Shown here: positions 1 through 8,947 of the stretch, one piece after another
Layout: each line of letters starts with the position of its first letter
Position numbering within the stretch: the first letter of the stretch is position 1
Virus record (IMG/VR): IMGVR_UViG_3300018080_000098
Location: 1-64,000 of that record
Reading direction: 5' to 3' (one strand)
DNA length: 64,000 nucleotides
Made by a program: the position numbers and the translations under genes
The notes under the pieces: generated by a model
Databases searched by the model: none
Told to the model about the DNA's origin: nothing
What the model saw: the letters and a program-made list of their open reading frames with translations, nothing else

Positions 1-120
1 CCCGAGCATCCCCGTACACCCGAGCATCCCCGTACACCCGAGCATCCCCGTACACCCGAGCATCCCCGTACACCCGAGCATCCCCGGACACCCGAGCATC
101 CCCGGACACCCAAGCATCCC
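1..120. repeat. 18-bp tandem repeat (CCCGAGCATCCCCGKACA, 6 full copies plus a partial copy), coding
   Basis: Units start at 1, 19, 37, 55, 73, 91 and 109; the minus strand encodes V(Y/S)GDAR. Confidence 0.95.
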
Positions 121-274
121 CAGCCTGCTCCAGATTCCCCTCCTTCTCCACCCAACCTCCCAGATCTCCAGCCTTCACACCAAACTTAGGAATATCCCGA
201 AGCGCCCGGATCTGTCGCAATTCCACACTACCCACCCTCTGCGTCACTCCACTAAATTCATACTTCGCTCCCAT
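2..274 (-). CDS. Phage hexapeptide-repeat (V[YS]GDAR)n protein, truncated at the window edge
   Basis: Manual translation from ATG at 274: MGAKYEFSGVTQRVGSVELRQIRALRDIPKFGVKAGDLGGWVEKEGNLEQAGDAWVSGDARVSGDARVYGDAR...; GGAG RBS upstream. Not in the ORF track because it runs off the window. Confidence 0.85.
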   Translation of the reverse strand, partial: MGAKYEFSGVTQRVGSVELRQIRALRDIPKFGVKAGDLGGWVEKEGNLEQAGDAWVSGDARVSGDARVYGDARVYGDARVYGDARVYGDAR

Positions 275-319
275 CAGTATTCTCCTTGCTCAACTACCCC
301 GGGTAGCTTTTACTCACCC

Positions 320-703
320 TCACACGTACCCCTGCGCCGCCCACGCCGCCTCTTCCGTCTCGTATTCTTTCCCGTCCACCAGGTCACGAAACTTCACGTT
401 GACCACCGGAACCGTCCGGTCGTCCGCAGCTTCCAGCAACTGACCAGCGTTCGAGGGGATGGCGTAGGTTTCCGGCGCAAGCTCCCGCGTGTGACCACAA
501 CACTCACACGTCTCCGTCTGCGCAGGCTCGTGCTCCACCAGTACCGGGGCTACGCCCGAATCGTTCGTCTGGTCCACGCTGCACACCCACGCCATCGCCC
601 CGTCACAGTCCGGGCACTCCTCGTACCCCTCGTAGTCGTGGGCGTCCGCGACGTTCTTGTGCCCGTTGACACACAGATATATTTCGTAGCCTTCGTAGGA
701 CAT
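320..703 (-). CDS. Hypothetical Cys-rich (CxxC) protein
   Basis: ORF track; start reassigned to MSYEGY after an AAGGA RBS; CPDC and CECC motifs. Confidence 0.7.
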   Translation of the reverse strand: MSYEGYEIYLCVNGHKNVADAHDYEGYEECPDCDGAMAWVCSVDQTNDSGVAPVLVEHEPAQTETCECCGHTRELAPETYAIPSNAGQLLEAADDRTVPVVNVKFRDLVDGKEYETEEAAWAAQGYV

Positions 704-713
704 TTCCTTTTCC

Positions 714-905
714 TTACGCCGGGTGGTCGTTTCGATACTCCAGCACTTCCCCACACTCCGCACACGTAGCGTGAGGGCTCCGCTTCTGCCACGGAATAGA
801 GTAATCGTAGCTCAGAGCTTTCACGCAGCTACCGCACGCCGGGCACAGCCGAGGCAGCACCTTGGCTTCCATTAACCACTTGGGCGACGTGTAGACTTTC
901 TTCAT
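714..905 (-). CDS. Small zinc-ribbon protein
   Basis: MKKVYTSP...; CPACGSC and CAECGE motifs. Confidence 0.6.
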   Translation of the reverse strand: MKKVYTSPKWLMEAKVLPRLCPACGSCVKALSYDYSIPWQKRSPHATCAECGEVLEYRNDHPA

Positions 906-909
906 CAGC

Positions 910-1110
910 CTACCCCGCTTCGTGGTCCAGGTAGTCAGGTCCCAGGTCCACCACATCCACACGCACACACCGATACCCGTGGCCCTCGTCCACCGTCACG
1001 ATAATGTGCTCGTCGTCTCCCTGACCTTCCGTCATCACGTCGTTCACCCGGTTGTCCGGGGTACTGCCGAAGATGTCCCGAATCAGGTTTACCGTCTCAC
1101 TGTGCGTCAT
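910..1110 (-). CDS. Hypothetical protein
   Basis: ORF with RBS, tightly packed in the operon. Confidence 0.65.
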   Translation of the reverse strand: MTHSETVNLIRDIFGSTPDNRVNDVMTEGQGDDEHIIVTVDEGHGYRCVRVDVVDLGPDYLDHEAG

Positions 1111-1122
1111 CGTCTCTCGCTC

Positions 1123-1443
1123 CTACCAATCGAACTGCGGGAATTCCTCGTAGGCATTTCCGTCCCGGTCGAAGTGCAGCCACTGAATATCGTTCTGCGC
1201 GGCGAAGTCTAGCAGCTTCACGAACTCCGGGCTCATGCCCATCTCCCGGTAAGCCTGTTTCTGCTCACTCGTGAACTGCTGGAGTACCTGCACGAGCCAG
1301 CCGTACCCCGTGTCCAGCACACTGTAGTCCTGGTCCGCCGGGTCTTCCAGCGCAAGCTCGGTCAGCTTCTCGTTGTCCTCGAACGTAACGTGCGCCGTGG
1401 ACAGCACCAGCACCCGATAGATTTCCAGCTTGTCCATGTTCAT
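1123..1443 (-). CDS. Hypothetical protein (DUF5983-like), paralog 1
   Basis: LSTAH...DTGYGW...WLHFDRDG...FPQFDW; similar to 1453-1773. Confidence 0.75.
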   Translation of the reverse strand: MNMDKLEIYRVLVLSTAHVTFEDNEKLTELALEDPADQDYSVLDTGYGWLVQVLQQFTSEQKQAYREMGMSPEFVKLLDFAAQNDIQWLHFDRDGNAYEEFPQFDW

Positions 1444-1452
1444 CGTTCGCTC

Positions 1453-1773
1453 CTACCAGTCGAATTGTTGAAGCTCGGGGACCACGGGAATATCGCAGTC
1501 CAGTCGCATCCACGTACAGCCCTGCTCCGCCGTCAGCCTGTAGATGTTGACGAACGCCTCGCTCATCCCCACCCGCTTGAACCCGTGGACGTGCTGCTCC
1601 ACTTCCTCGGGGTTGCCTTCGGGCACGAAAACCATGAACCCGTAGTCCTCCAGAGGAATTACCCAACCCGCATCCGGGTGCCCGTTCTCCAGCACGTCCA
1701 GCAACAGGGTGTTATCCTGCTCCGTAATGTGCGCCGTGGACAGGTTGAGTGTCTTGTCGATATCGAGTTTCAT
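1453..1773 (-). CDS. Hypothetical protein (DUF5983-like), paralog 2
   Basis: LSTAHIT...EDYGF...WMRLDCD...LQQFDW. Confidence 0.75.
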   Translation of the reverse strand: MKLDIDKTLNLSTAHITEQDNTLLLDVLENGHPDAGWVIPLEDYGFMVFVPEGNPEEVEQHVHGFKRVGMSEAFVNIYRLTAEQGCTWMRLDCDIPVVPELQQFDW

Positions 1774-1779
1774 TTTCTA

Positions 1780-1989
1780 CTACTCCTCCTCGACCGGGAC
1801 AGCGACACCCTTCTCCACGTCGAGCACCATCCACGCACAGTCCTCCAGTGTGTGACTGTACTCCAGCGCACCGTCCAGGTAATCCCCATCCCCATCCTTC
1901 ACAAGCTGCGCCGCTTCCTCGGGGCTGCTCGCGTGTACCTCGACCGTCTGGTAGTGGACCTCGGGGACGTTCACATGGTACTTGGGCAT
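1780..1989 (-). CDS. Hypothetical protein
   Basis: MPKYHVNV...; GGAGG RBS. Confidence 0.7.
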   Translation of the reverse strand: MPKYHVNVPEVHYQTVEVHASSPEEAAQLVKDGDGDYLDGALEYSHTLEDCAWMVLDVEKGVAVPVEEE

Positions 1990-1998
1990 CGCTTCCTC

Positions 1999-2229
1999 CT
2001 ACAGCCGAATATCCTCTTCGTCGTCGCTGGGCTCCACGACGCACACGCTACTGAACTTCTGGCTCCGGGGACAGTCGTCGTCGTACTCCCACGAGTCCAG
2101 TTGACAGGCCGCGTCGAAAATCTTTTGCTGATTCTCCGGGTCCTCGACCTCCGCGTAGGTTGCAGCGTCCACCACCACAGTCCGATACTGCGGCACCATT
2201 CTCTCGACGTAGACCAGATACTTCGGCAT
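1999..2229 (-). CDS. Hypothetical protein
   Basis: MPKYLVYV...; first gene after the promoter at ~2270-2299. Confidence 0.7.
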   Translation of the reverse strand: MPKYLVYVERMVPQYRTVVVDAATYAEVEDPENQQKIFDAACQLDSWEYDDDCPRSQKFSSVCVVEPSDDEEDIRL

Positions 2230-2268
2230 TTGCTTTTCCTCGCAAGTTGTTTTTCCGTCCGACTGTTC

Positions 2269-2299
2269 AAAAATATCAAACGGAATTTACGTTGTCAAG
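2269..2299 (-). promoter_or_regulatory. sigma70-type promoter TTGACA-N17-TATTTT (representative of about 20 early promoters)
   Basis: Minus strand reads cTTGACAacgtaaattccgtttgaTATTTT. Similar TTGAC(A/G/C) promoters lie near 4478, 5132, 7421, 8431, 11349, 12499, 12783, 14424, 15951, 16879, 20059, 21440, 23097, 23779, 24386, 25593, 26386, 28313, 30974 and 52815. Confidence 0.8.
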
Positions 2300-2315
2300 A
2301 AAAAATCGCGAGCGG

Positions 2316-2492
2316 CTACGGGCGCCAGCCACCTATGCGCCAGAATACGTAGGCTGTTACAGCAGTAGCAACGGCTGTCACTACGTAGTTCCCCAACAAC
2401 AGCCCGCCCATCAACACCATCCCGGTCCCAAAGGCAGGGAGCACCACTGCTGGGTGTAGGACGTAATTGATTTTAAACCGTGGCTTTGTCAT
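2316..2492 (-). CDS. Small membrane protein
   Basis: MTKPRFKINYVLHPAVVLPAFGTGMVLMGGLLLGNYVVTAVATAVTAYVFWRIGGWRP; two hydrophobic segments. Confidence 0.55.
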   Translation of the reverse strand: MTKPRFKINYVLHPAVVLPAFGTGMVLMGGLLLGNYVVTAVATAVTAYVFWRIGGWRP

Positions 2493-2497
2493 CGCGG

Positions 2498-3073
2498 TTA
2501 TCCCATGTTGTCGAGCAGCGCGTCCAGCTTCTCCCCCAGCTTTCCAGTCTTGCGGTGAGCTTCCACGAGCCCCTCCGCCCAACGTGCCATCGACCAGGCA
2601 TCCTTGAACACCTGACCGTTCGCATGGATAACCAGGAACCCTCCACCGAAAGCGCCCTCCCGAGGACTGGAGCACGTCGAGGACCACGTGAGAGAAAGGA
2701 TAGCGTCGTCCTCGGTCACCGCTAGCGCAGCTTCCGCACACGCGCCCAGCGTGTCCAGACTGTCACCCTCATCCGAGTGTACCCACACCTCCGTCTTGGA
2801 GTTCCCTTCCGGCTCCGCGCAGAACGTACCGAAGTGATCCACCGCGTCCAGGATAGTGTTCTGCATCCTGCGCGGCACGCGCTGCCAGGCTTCCACCATC
2901 TCCCGCTCTTCCCCTTCGAGCTCGTCGAAGTAACCCTCCCCGGCCAGAGTGTCCTCGTCGAACTCCTGGTCGTGGACCTTCTCACACACCCGCTGAAGCT
3001 TCAGGAACAAGTCTGCGGCTTCTTCCTTCTCGAATGTGAACGTCTCCGACCACTGGATAAAAGTATCTGCCAT
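2498..3073 (-). CDS. Hypothetical protein, paralog of 10802-11287
   Basis: Shares WSxxCxxPRxGxFGGG with 10802-11287; GAAACGGAG RBS. Confidence 0.8.
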   Translation of the reverse strand: MADTFIQWSETFTFEKEEAADLFLKLQRVCEKVHDQEFDEDTLAGEGYFDELEGEEREMVEAWQRVPRRMQNTILDAVDHFGTFCAEPEGNSKTEVWVHSDEGDSLDTLGACAEAALAVTEDDAILSLTWSSTCSSPREGAFGGGFLVIHANGQVFKDAWSMARWAEGLVEAHRKTGKLGEKLDALLDNMG

Positions 3074-3139
3074 CGCGTTTCTCCGTTTCGCAAATCGTCG
3101 TACTGCCCCGGGATGGCGCAGTAGATATCCACAGTCATC

Positions 3140-3643
3140 CTACTCTGATCCTTTCAGCACTACACTTGCCAGGACACCCAGGGATTCCACCTCGAACGAA
3201 GTGTGCTTCAGATTCATCTTGAAGTGGAAAGACTCCGTGGAGACAACCATCTGGTCTAGCTCCGACCGGATCTGCGTGCCCCCCTGGTAGCTCCACTTCT
3301 CTTCCGCGCAGCGCTCCAGGATATGCTCCAGCACAGAGTTGCCCTCCACCACCTCCACATACTCTTCCCGCTCCAACACTTCGATGAACTCCTGTACCTC
3401 TTCCCGCTCCTCGTCCAGACTATACAGGTCGAACCACGTTCCCCGGTAGTCGAAGAACGTCAGGTTGTTGAACGACGTACCGTGCGCGTCCTCCATAACC
3501 TGTGCGCTGCGTGCGCGCTTTGCCACGTCTGCGCGCAGACGGTCATCCACCTCCAGCAACAGCGTTGGAGTAGTGAACTCAAAGTCCTGCGAGCAAGGGA
3601 AGCAGCGGACCACAAGGTACTGCTTACGAGTTTTCGTCGTCAT
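3140..3643 (-). CDS. Hypothetical protein
   Basis: Start reassigned to MTTKTRK after a GGAGG RBS. Confidence 0.7.
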   Translation of the reverse strand: MTTKTRKQYLVVRCFPCSQDFEFTTPTLLLEVDDRLRADVAKRARSAQVMEDAHGTSFNNLTFFDYRGTWFDLYSLDEEREEVQEFIEVLEREEYVEVVEGNSVLEHILERCAEEKWSYQGGTQIRSELDQMVVSTESFHFKMNLKHTSFEVESLGVLASVVLKGSE

Positions 3644-3645
3644 GA

Positions 3646-3840
3646 TTAGTCCTCCACCACGGCTTCCGTTTCGCACTCCAGACAAATCCAGGTGTTGCCT
3701 TTGTCCGGGCCGTGCGTTACTTCCCCGTTTCCACGGTGGTCTATGAAGTTCCCTTCCTCGTCCACTTCCCAATACTCGGTAATGTGGATCACCGTCTCGA
3801 AACGTTTGTGTTCGGGATTCTTCAGGCATCGAGCTTTCAT
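3646..3840 (-). CDS. Hypothetical zinc-binding protein
   Basis: MKARCLKNPEH...WICLEC. Confidence 0.65.
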   Translation of the reverse strand: MKARCLKNPEHKRFETVIHITEYWEVDEEGNFIDHRGNGEVTHGPDKGNTWICLECETEAVVED

Positions 3841-4067
3841 GGTAGCACTCCATCTCCATCCTCGGGCGGAACCCAAGCGAAAGTCTTGAGCACCGTCCCA
3901 TCGTGATCCACGTACTCTGTGAGCATCGAGCCGCAGCACAAACAGTCGTACTGCTGGTAGGCTCGTCCGCTGCTCTCCGGTCCCTCGTCGTCCTCGGGAA
4001 TCGGGGCGAGCTTCGACCGCTCACTCAGCGGGTGCGTGCAGGTTTGCCATGGGGTTTTGAATTTCAT
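3837..4067 (-). CDS. Hypothetical protein
   Basis: MKFKTPWQTCTH...YDCLCCG; overlaps its neighbours by ATGA. Confidence 0.6.
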   Translation of the reverse strand: MKFKTPWQTCTHPLSERSKLAPIPEDDEGPESSGRAYQQYDCLCCGSMLTEYVDHDGTVLKTFAWVPPEDGDGVLP

Positions 4068-4408
4068 CGCAGCGTCACCTGCTCCGACTCGCCATCCCAG
4101 CGAGCCGTCTGGCTGTTGAATCCTCGGGGAATGACCACCGACACACCCGTCTGCTGGTGCATCAGAATCATCAGGGCCACGGCGTCTCCCTCGTGACGGA
4201 GCTTCATCTTCTCCATGATGTAGTCCACCGTCACGTAGCTGCCCAGATCGTACAGGAAAGACGTGCCACCGTTGTCGCTGTTGCCCAGCCAGGAGATCAG
4301 CCACTTGGTCATGCTGACCTCTGCGAGCACACAGAAGTATCGTGTGCCGTTGCCCGGCTCGTGCTCGACAGTCAGTACCTGTCCCTGGAACTCTTCGGTC
4401 ATCGTCAT
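4064..4408 (-). CDS. Hypothetical protein, paralog of 20300-20635
   Basis: PGNGTRY...YIMEKMKL...DAVALM versus PGNGSRY...YFKEKMGI...DAAALM. Confidence 0.75.
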   Translation of the reverse strand: MTMTEEFQGQVLTVEHEPGNGTRYFCVLAEVSMTKWLISWLGNSDNGGTSFLYDLGSYVTVDYIMEKMKLRHEGDAVALMILMHQQTGVSVVIPRGFNSQTARWDGESEQVTLR

Positions 4409-4493
4409 CTGCTTGTCCTCCGATGCGTTTTTCCATCCGACGCAATCGAGAATATCAAATCAACTTGACGTTGTCAAGAAAAAATTTCGACGG

Positions 4494-4709
4494 CTACACT
4501 ACTCCTTCTTTGTCCATTGCCAGCTCTTCCTGGTAATACTCGTGGGCCACCCGGTCCAAGTCTCCCAGGCAAAGCCTGTGCTCGTCACAGTAGTGCCGCA
4601 GGTCTGCCAGCATGTCGCGCACGATGGTAGCTGGATCGTTGTCCGACGACAGGTAGAACTCGTCGGCGCACTCCTGGATCTTCTTGACGCTCTTGTCGTG
4701 GTAGTGCAT
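4494..4709 (-). CDS. Hypothetical protein (DxLADLRHYCD domain)
   Basis: DMLADLRHYCDE resembles EMLTDLRHYCDT at the C-terminus of 9046-9981. Confidence 0.65.
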   Translation of the reverse strand: MHYHDKSVKKIQECADEFYLSSDNDPATIVRDMLADLRHYCDEHRLCLGDLDRVAHEYYQEELAMDKEGVV

Positions 4710-4711
4710 CT

Positions 4712-5065
4712 CTACTCCTCCGGGCACAGGTCCAGGTTCGTCCGGTAGAAACAAGTCTCCCCCTTGTACTGCCGGTAAACCTCGAAAGCCTTGCGGTGCG
4801 CCCGCTTCGACAGGGGTCGAGTCACACCCGTAGCGAACTCCGTCACGCGCCCGCTCAGGTGAATGCCGAAGCACCCTTCCGGCATGTCCACGAACAGACC
4901 ACCACCCACGTAGTAACTCTTGTGCTCCTCGATACGATTCAGTACCTTGAGCCAGTCCGTCTTGTCCAGACGCTTACGCACCTTAGTCTTTTCGTCTGCG
5001 CTGACCTTCTTGGCTTTCTTCTGCGCGTGCTTCGCCTTACGCTTGACGCTCCAATGCTTGAACAT
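4712..5065 (-). CDS. Hypothetical basic protein
   Basis: MFKHWSV...; GAGGAG RBS after a promoter. Confidence 0.7.
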   Translation of the reverse strand: MFKHWSVKRKAKHAQKKAKKVSADEKTKVRKRLDKTDWLKVLNRIEEHKSYYVGGGLFVDMPEGCFGIHLSGRVTEFATGVTRPLSKRAHRKAFEVYRQYKGETCFYRTNLDLCPEE

Positions 5066-5200
5066 GGGGATTCTCCTCGCAAATTGTTTCCGTCCGACGC
5101 GATCAAAAATATCAAACGCGAAAAAATTTGTCAACAAAAATCGGCGCGTCGAGTGAGCGAGTATGTTATCTTCTACTGTACCCCAAGGAAAAGGTGAACT

Positions 5201-5863
5201 ATGTCTGACCTCCCAACCTACATCAGAGTTGGCGGAGCTCTCTATAAACTTGGCGGTGAAGCAGAGGTAAAGAGTAACGCTGCCAATGAGCTCAGGGAAC
5301 TCATTGGTGCTCTAGTTGCTCTCCCCAGCGATTCTCAGCTTAAATATGAAGTGGCTGAGCAGGCGCAGACTACCCTGCGTCCTGTTGTAAATAAGCTACT
5401 CGACACACGCTACGATCTGCTAACGAGTTCCCCAGCAGAAGCTGCTTCCACATGGAAGGACGCCCGCGATGCCCTGCCTGGAGTCATCGTAGGGTTGCGC
5501 GAAATAATGGCGCCCGTGCGTGACCCTGCGTACATTCAGGACGCGCTACGCTACGTACAGGAAACAGCATTGAAAGTGGACGGGTTTATGTCTGCCTTGG
5601 AGCAAGTACCCCAACGGTTGCAAGCTGACACGCGCGTTGCGGACGACAGACTAACCCGTGCGCAGATGGCCAGCCTCGCACGTTCACATGTTGTGAAAGC
5701 CCTAAACGCTTTCCGCCGTGGGATACCTGAACTAATGCGCATAGTAGATCGAGACTCTGACCTCGAACATTACCTAGATGTTATGGCAACGGAGTTGGAA
5801 GAAGCCCATGATGTTCTCATGGCAGCCTCCTTGAACCAGGACGCTTTCTTTAAGCAGACGTAG
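5201..5863 (+). CDS. Hypothetical alpha-helical protein; one of only two convincing plus-strand genes
   Basis: 220 aa; AAGGTG RBS; fills a gap between minus-strand operons; N-terminus LPTYIRVGGALYKL. Confidence 0.8.
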   Translation: MSDLPTYIRVGGALYKLGGEAEVKSNAANELRELIGALVALPSDSQLKYEVAEQAQTTLRPVVNKLLDTRYDLLTSSPAEAASTWKDARDALPGVIVGLREIMAPVRDPAYIQDALRYVQETALKVDGFMSALEQVPQRLQADTRVADDRLTRAQMASLARSHVVKALNAFRRGIPELMRIVDRDSDLEHYLDVMATELEEAHDVLMAASLNQDAFFKQT

Positions 5864-5876
5864 CCCTACCCCTCAT

Positions 5877-5895
5877 CGTTCGGTTAAACCGAACG
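5877..5895. repeat. 19-bp palindrome CGTTCGGTTAAACCGAACG (5 related copies)
   Basis: Variants at ~8961-8979, ~12991-13008, ~16911-16930 and ~20149-20167; all intergenic. Confidence 0.85.
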
Positions 5896-6000
5896 TCCTG
5901 CCTCGACGCGCCGCGTCGGCCCGACGTCTCCTCGACCTTTTAGGCTATCCAGACCCTCGCAAAATATTTTCGACGGTGCTCGACTGGTAGACTATCCAGA

Positions 6001-6015
6001 ATTTTGTATAGAGAG
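6001..6015. repeat. 15-mer ATTTTGTATAGAGAG (5 exact copies)
   Basis: Also at 20283, 21550, 31628 and 32318. Confidence 0.85.
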
Positions 6016-6018
6016 AAC

Positions 6019-6687
6019 CTACTCCTCGTCCTCTTCCTTCGGCGGGAAAGGCTGCAACGACTCCCGCACTTCCTCCTCCGTCCCCAGCGCCAACTCCTCG
6101 TGGCACAGCCCAACCTCTTCCTCCAGCTTCTTGATCGCTTCCTCGTAGTAGAAGCGTTGCGAGTTGTAGATTTGCCGGATAGCTGCCACCGCACGGATCG
6201 CTCGCTGGATTACACTCCACGCTTCGTCCACCTGCCTCGTGGCATTGTTGATAGCAATGTGACCATCTTTCTCGTACCGCTGAAGACTGGTGCGCAGTAA
6301 CCGGATCTCCGACATCCGACGCTTACGCCCCTCCGGACTCACCCGAAGCTCTTCCCGCTCCGCTGCCCGTGCCGCTTCCTCTTCTGCCTTCACGCGGTCC
6401 CGACGCTCCACAGCTTCCTGCGCCGCAGCTTTACCCAGCGGAGAAAAATCGAAGACGTACACGTTGTAGTGTGTGCCCCACTCTTTGAATACACCATGCT
6501 TGACTAGTACCTTCACCGATGCCATGTGTGCGTATTCACGGTGTAGCGTCATCCTCCCCACTAGATCAGGAGGTTCATACTTCGATGCAACCTCACCGTT
6601 CTCATGAAACGCAATAAGCGCGTGAGTCTGCTTGTCGTTCAAAGACCCGAGCAGCGTGTCAACTTCTTTTTTCTTAGGCTTCGCCAT
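6019..6687 (-). CDS. Hypothetical coiled-coil protein
   Basis: MAKPKKK start follows the GAAACGGAG RBS. Confidence 0.75.
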   Translation of the reverse strand: MAKPKKKEVDTLLGSLNDKQTHALIAFHENGEVASKYEPPDLVGRMTLHREYAHMASVKVLVKHGVFKEWGTHYNVYVFDFSPLGKAAAQEAVERRDRVKAEEEAARAAEREELRVSPEGRKRRMSEIRLLRTSLQRYEKDGHIAINNATRQVDEAWSVIQRAIRAVAAIRQIYNSQRFYYEEAIKKLEEEVGLCHEELALGTEEEVRESLQPFPPKEEDEE

Positions 6688-6704
6688 TGTGCTCTCCGTT
6701 TCGT

Positions 6705-7364
6705 CTAGTCCTCGCTCTTGCTCGACATCGCTCCGAGGATCGCACCCATGACGCCTTCCGGGTCTTCCTTCCACTCCGCGGCATCCCAGTAGGCTACTTC
6801 ACCCACCATCGGATCCACGATGCGCACGTACCCACAAGGCTCCGGGTACGCAGGACTGCGAAGCTCACAGCCCGTCTCCAGCTTGACCACAGTCTCCTTC
6901 GGATACCCATCCCCCGAAACAGACTCGCCCTTGGCTTCCCGCACCAGAGAATCCAGCAGCTCCCCCAGCTCGAAAGCCTCCGCACCACCATCCGACGAAA
7001 TATCCAGCACCCCCGGCGCCAACCTCCGAATCGCCGCCAGCATCAGCACTACCGCCCCATCGTAAGGCTTGTAGGCCGTCTTGCAAAAATCGAAAGCCCC
7101 CTCCCGCTTGAACCGCCCCGCGTCCTCGTAGTCGTACTTCTTCCGCTTCGCCACCCGAATCAGGAAAGTCTCGTGACTGTCCTCGTCCTTCCCGTTGAAC
7201 CGAATCATCTTCTTGGAAATCTCCGGTCCCTTGTCAGGCTTGTCGTACTCGTAACAAAGCACGCCCTCGAACCGCTTCGCCACCAGACGAGCAGCCGCAC
7301 AAACCAGCTTCCACTCCTCGTCCGTGAAGCTCCGGTGTTGATTCCAATAATGCGTGTATCCCAT
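6705..7364 (-). CDS. Conserved phage hypothetical protein
   Basis: MGYTHYW...IRFNG...SHETF...FCKTAYKPYD. Confidence 0.8.
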   Translation of the reverse strand: MGYTHYWNQHRSFTDEEWKLVCAAARLVAKRFEGVLCYEYDKPDKGPEISKKMIRFNGKDEDSHETFLIRVAKRKKYDYEDAGRFKREGAFDFCKTAYKPYDGAVVLMLAAIRRLAPGVLDISSDGGAEAFELGELLDSLVREAKGESVSGDGYPKETVVKLETGCELRSPAYPEPCGYVRIVDPMVGEVAYWDAAEWKEDPEGVMGAILGAMSSKSED

Positions 7365-7437
7365 TTTTCTTTTCTCCGTTTCGCTGCGTTCAAAATATCA
7401 AAACAACTTTACGTTGTCAAGAAAAAAATTCGCCGCC

Positions 7438-7986
7438 TTACTCCGGTAGGATGATAGACGAGAACCGAGCCGCGACATCCGCTTGGACAGGCGCGTCACT
7501 CTTGACTTCCTTAATCGGCTGGGGGATCTCGCGGGGAATATTTTCGAGGGCGTGCTTCAACTGCTTACGTAGCTTCGGGTTGTAACGGATGTCCCCGTTA
7601 TCCAGCGCACGCTCCAGCTGCTCCCTACTGGTGATGTTGTAGTCTGCCCACAGCTTCCGAGCGGTAGCTGGTCCCACGCCAGGCAAGCTCAGGATGTCCG
7701 CCATCGACGGAAGCCCTTTCGCTCGGATAGACTTGAGGCGTCCACAGGTTCCAGTCTGCGTAATTTCCTTGACAGCTTTGGCTGTGCTCTTGCCGATCAT
7801 GGGAATCTTCTGGAGCGCAGTCAATGTCTTCGAGGACACGTCCTCGTCTTCACACCACTCCATGAGTCCGGTAGCAGCATTCTCGAAAGCCATCGCGCGC
7901 CTCTTGTCTCCCAAGATAGCGTAGCCCTGCGACACTTCCATCAGGACTTCGGCCACTTCTTTTCCTGTGGTGGGTTTACTCATCAT
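7438..7986 (-). CDS. DNA polymerase X (PolX/pol beta) N-terminal HhH domains only
   Basis: HhH motifs KIPMIGKSTAKAVKEI and SLPGVGPATARKLW, plus the PolX-like AMAFENAA helix; no catalytic palm. Confidence 0.75.
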   Translation of the reverse strand: MMSKPTTGKEVAEVLMEVSQGYAILGDKRRAMAFENAATGLMEWCEDEDVSSKTLTALQKIPMIGKSTAKAVKEITQTGTCGRLKSIRAKGLPSMADILSLPGVGPATARKLWADYNITSREQLERALDNGDIRYNPKLRKQLKHALENIPREIPQPIKEVKSDAPVQADVAARFSSIILPE

Positions 7987-8374
7987 CTTCTCCGAGAAGC
8001 TGTGCAACCTTCTTAGGGTCCATCCCGTACTCTTCTGGGAAGTCTACCGAGCTTGAGCAGCTGACGCTTTCTACTCGGGCTTGACGTAGGAACGTCCGCA
8101 CTTCCTCGGGATCGTCCGTGGTCAGGTCGGGCTCCCGGTTTGGCACGAAGGGACAAGTCACCTGGAACTTACCATCCACGATAGTAAGGAAAGCACGTTT
8201 GCCCGGGATGGCCTGCGCTTCATGCACCAGCGCACCACAGTCGGGACACTCCCCGTAGGGCACGGGCTCCCCAGGTGAGAGGCGTTCCAACAGATTGGGG
8301 ATGTTGGGAAACCTTACCTTGAAGTCCTTATCCTCGATCTCTCTTTTACAGTCACTACACTCGAACAACCACAT
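7976..8374 (-). CDS. Hypothetical zinc-ribbon protein
   Basis: CSDC...GECPDCG. Confidence 0.7.
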   Translation of the reverse strand: MWLFECSDCKREIEDKDFKVRFPNIPNLLERLSPGEPVPYGECPDCGALVHEAQAIPGKRAFLTIVDGKFQVTCPFVPNREPDLTTDDPEEVRTFLRQARVESVSCSSSVDFPEEYGMDPKKVAQLLGEDDE

Positions 8375-8509
8375 TTGTTTCTCCGTTTCGCATTGCACGG
8401 AAAATATAACAACCGCGCGCCGCCGCGTCAACAAAATTCGGAATTTTTCAGCAGCCTTTTCTTACTTATTCTCTAGCAGACATTCCTATCCACACAGGAG
8501 ATTTCTATC

Positions 8510-8947
8510 ATGGCTAAAGAACTTCCCAACTACATCCGTGTCAACGGCTCATTATATAGACTTGCAGAGCCCCGAGGACCTGAAGCTAAAGGGCTTGGGC
8601 CTGGTGGCGTTTGCACCTGTCCCAAATGTGGAACGGAAACGCAGCACAAAACCGGTGTATCTTGCGTAGACGAAACGTGCCCACAGTGTGGATCGAAAAT
8701 GAAACGCATCGGCAAACGAGCACGACAGGGAGCAATGGAAAGGACCGCCCAACTTCAGCACCTACTCCAACAATTCGAGACACTCACCCAAGCTATTACC
8801 AAAGGTTTGACCGACGCTCACAAAGCTGCCATGGGCAAACAGTTCGACCGAGCTAGCTCTATCCTCCAGCAGATTACCTGCGATAAAATTAACGAGCTCG
8901 CGGAGCTCAGCAATACTATGGCCGGTGTCGTAGGACTCGAGGGCTAG
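8510..8947 (+). CDS. Hypothetical protein with GPGGxCxCPxCG...CPxCG zinc motif
   Basis: CAGGAG RBS; N-terminus LPNYIRVNGSLYRL matches 5201-5863. Confidence 0.8.
   Translation: MAKELPNYIRVNGSLYRLAEPRGPEAKGLGPGGVCTCPKCGTETQHKTGVSCVDETCPQCGSKMKRIGKRARQGAMERTAQLQHLLQQFETLTQAITKGLTDAHKAAMGKQFDRASSILQQITCDKINELAELSNTMAGVVGLEG

Noticed and set aside
1-120. CRISPR array
   Set aside because: The 18-bp units are head-to-tail with no spacers, are a multiple of 3 and encode V(Y/S)GDAR.
3662-3674. Extra GAAACGGA copy
   Set aside because: It lies in coding sequence (CETEA), lacks the final G, and a separate GGAGG RBS serves the next gene.
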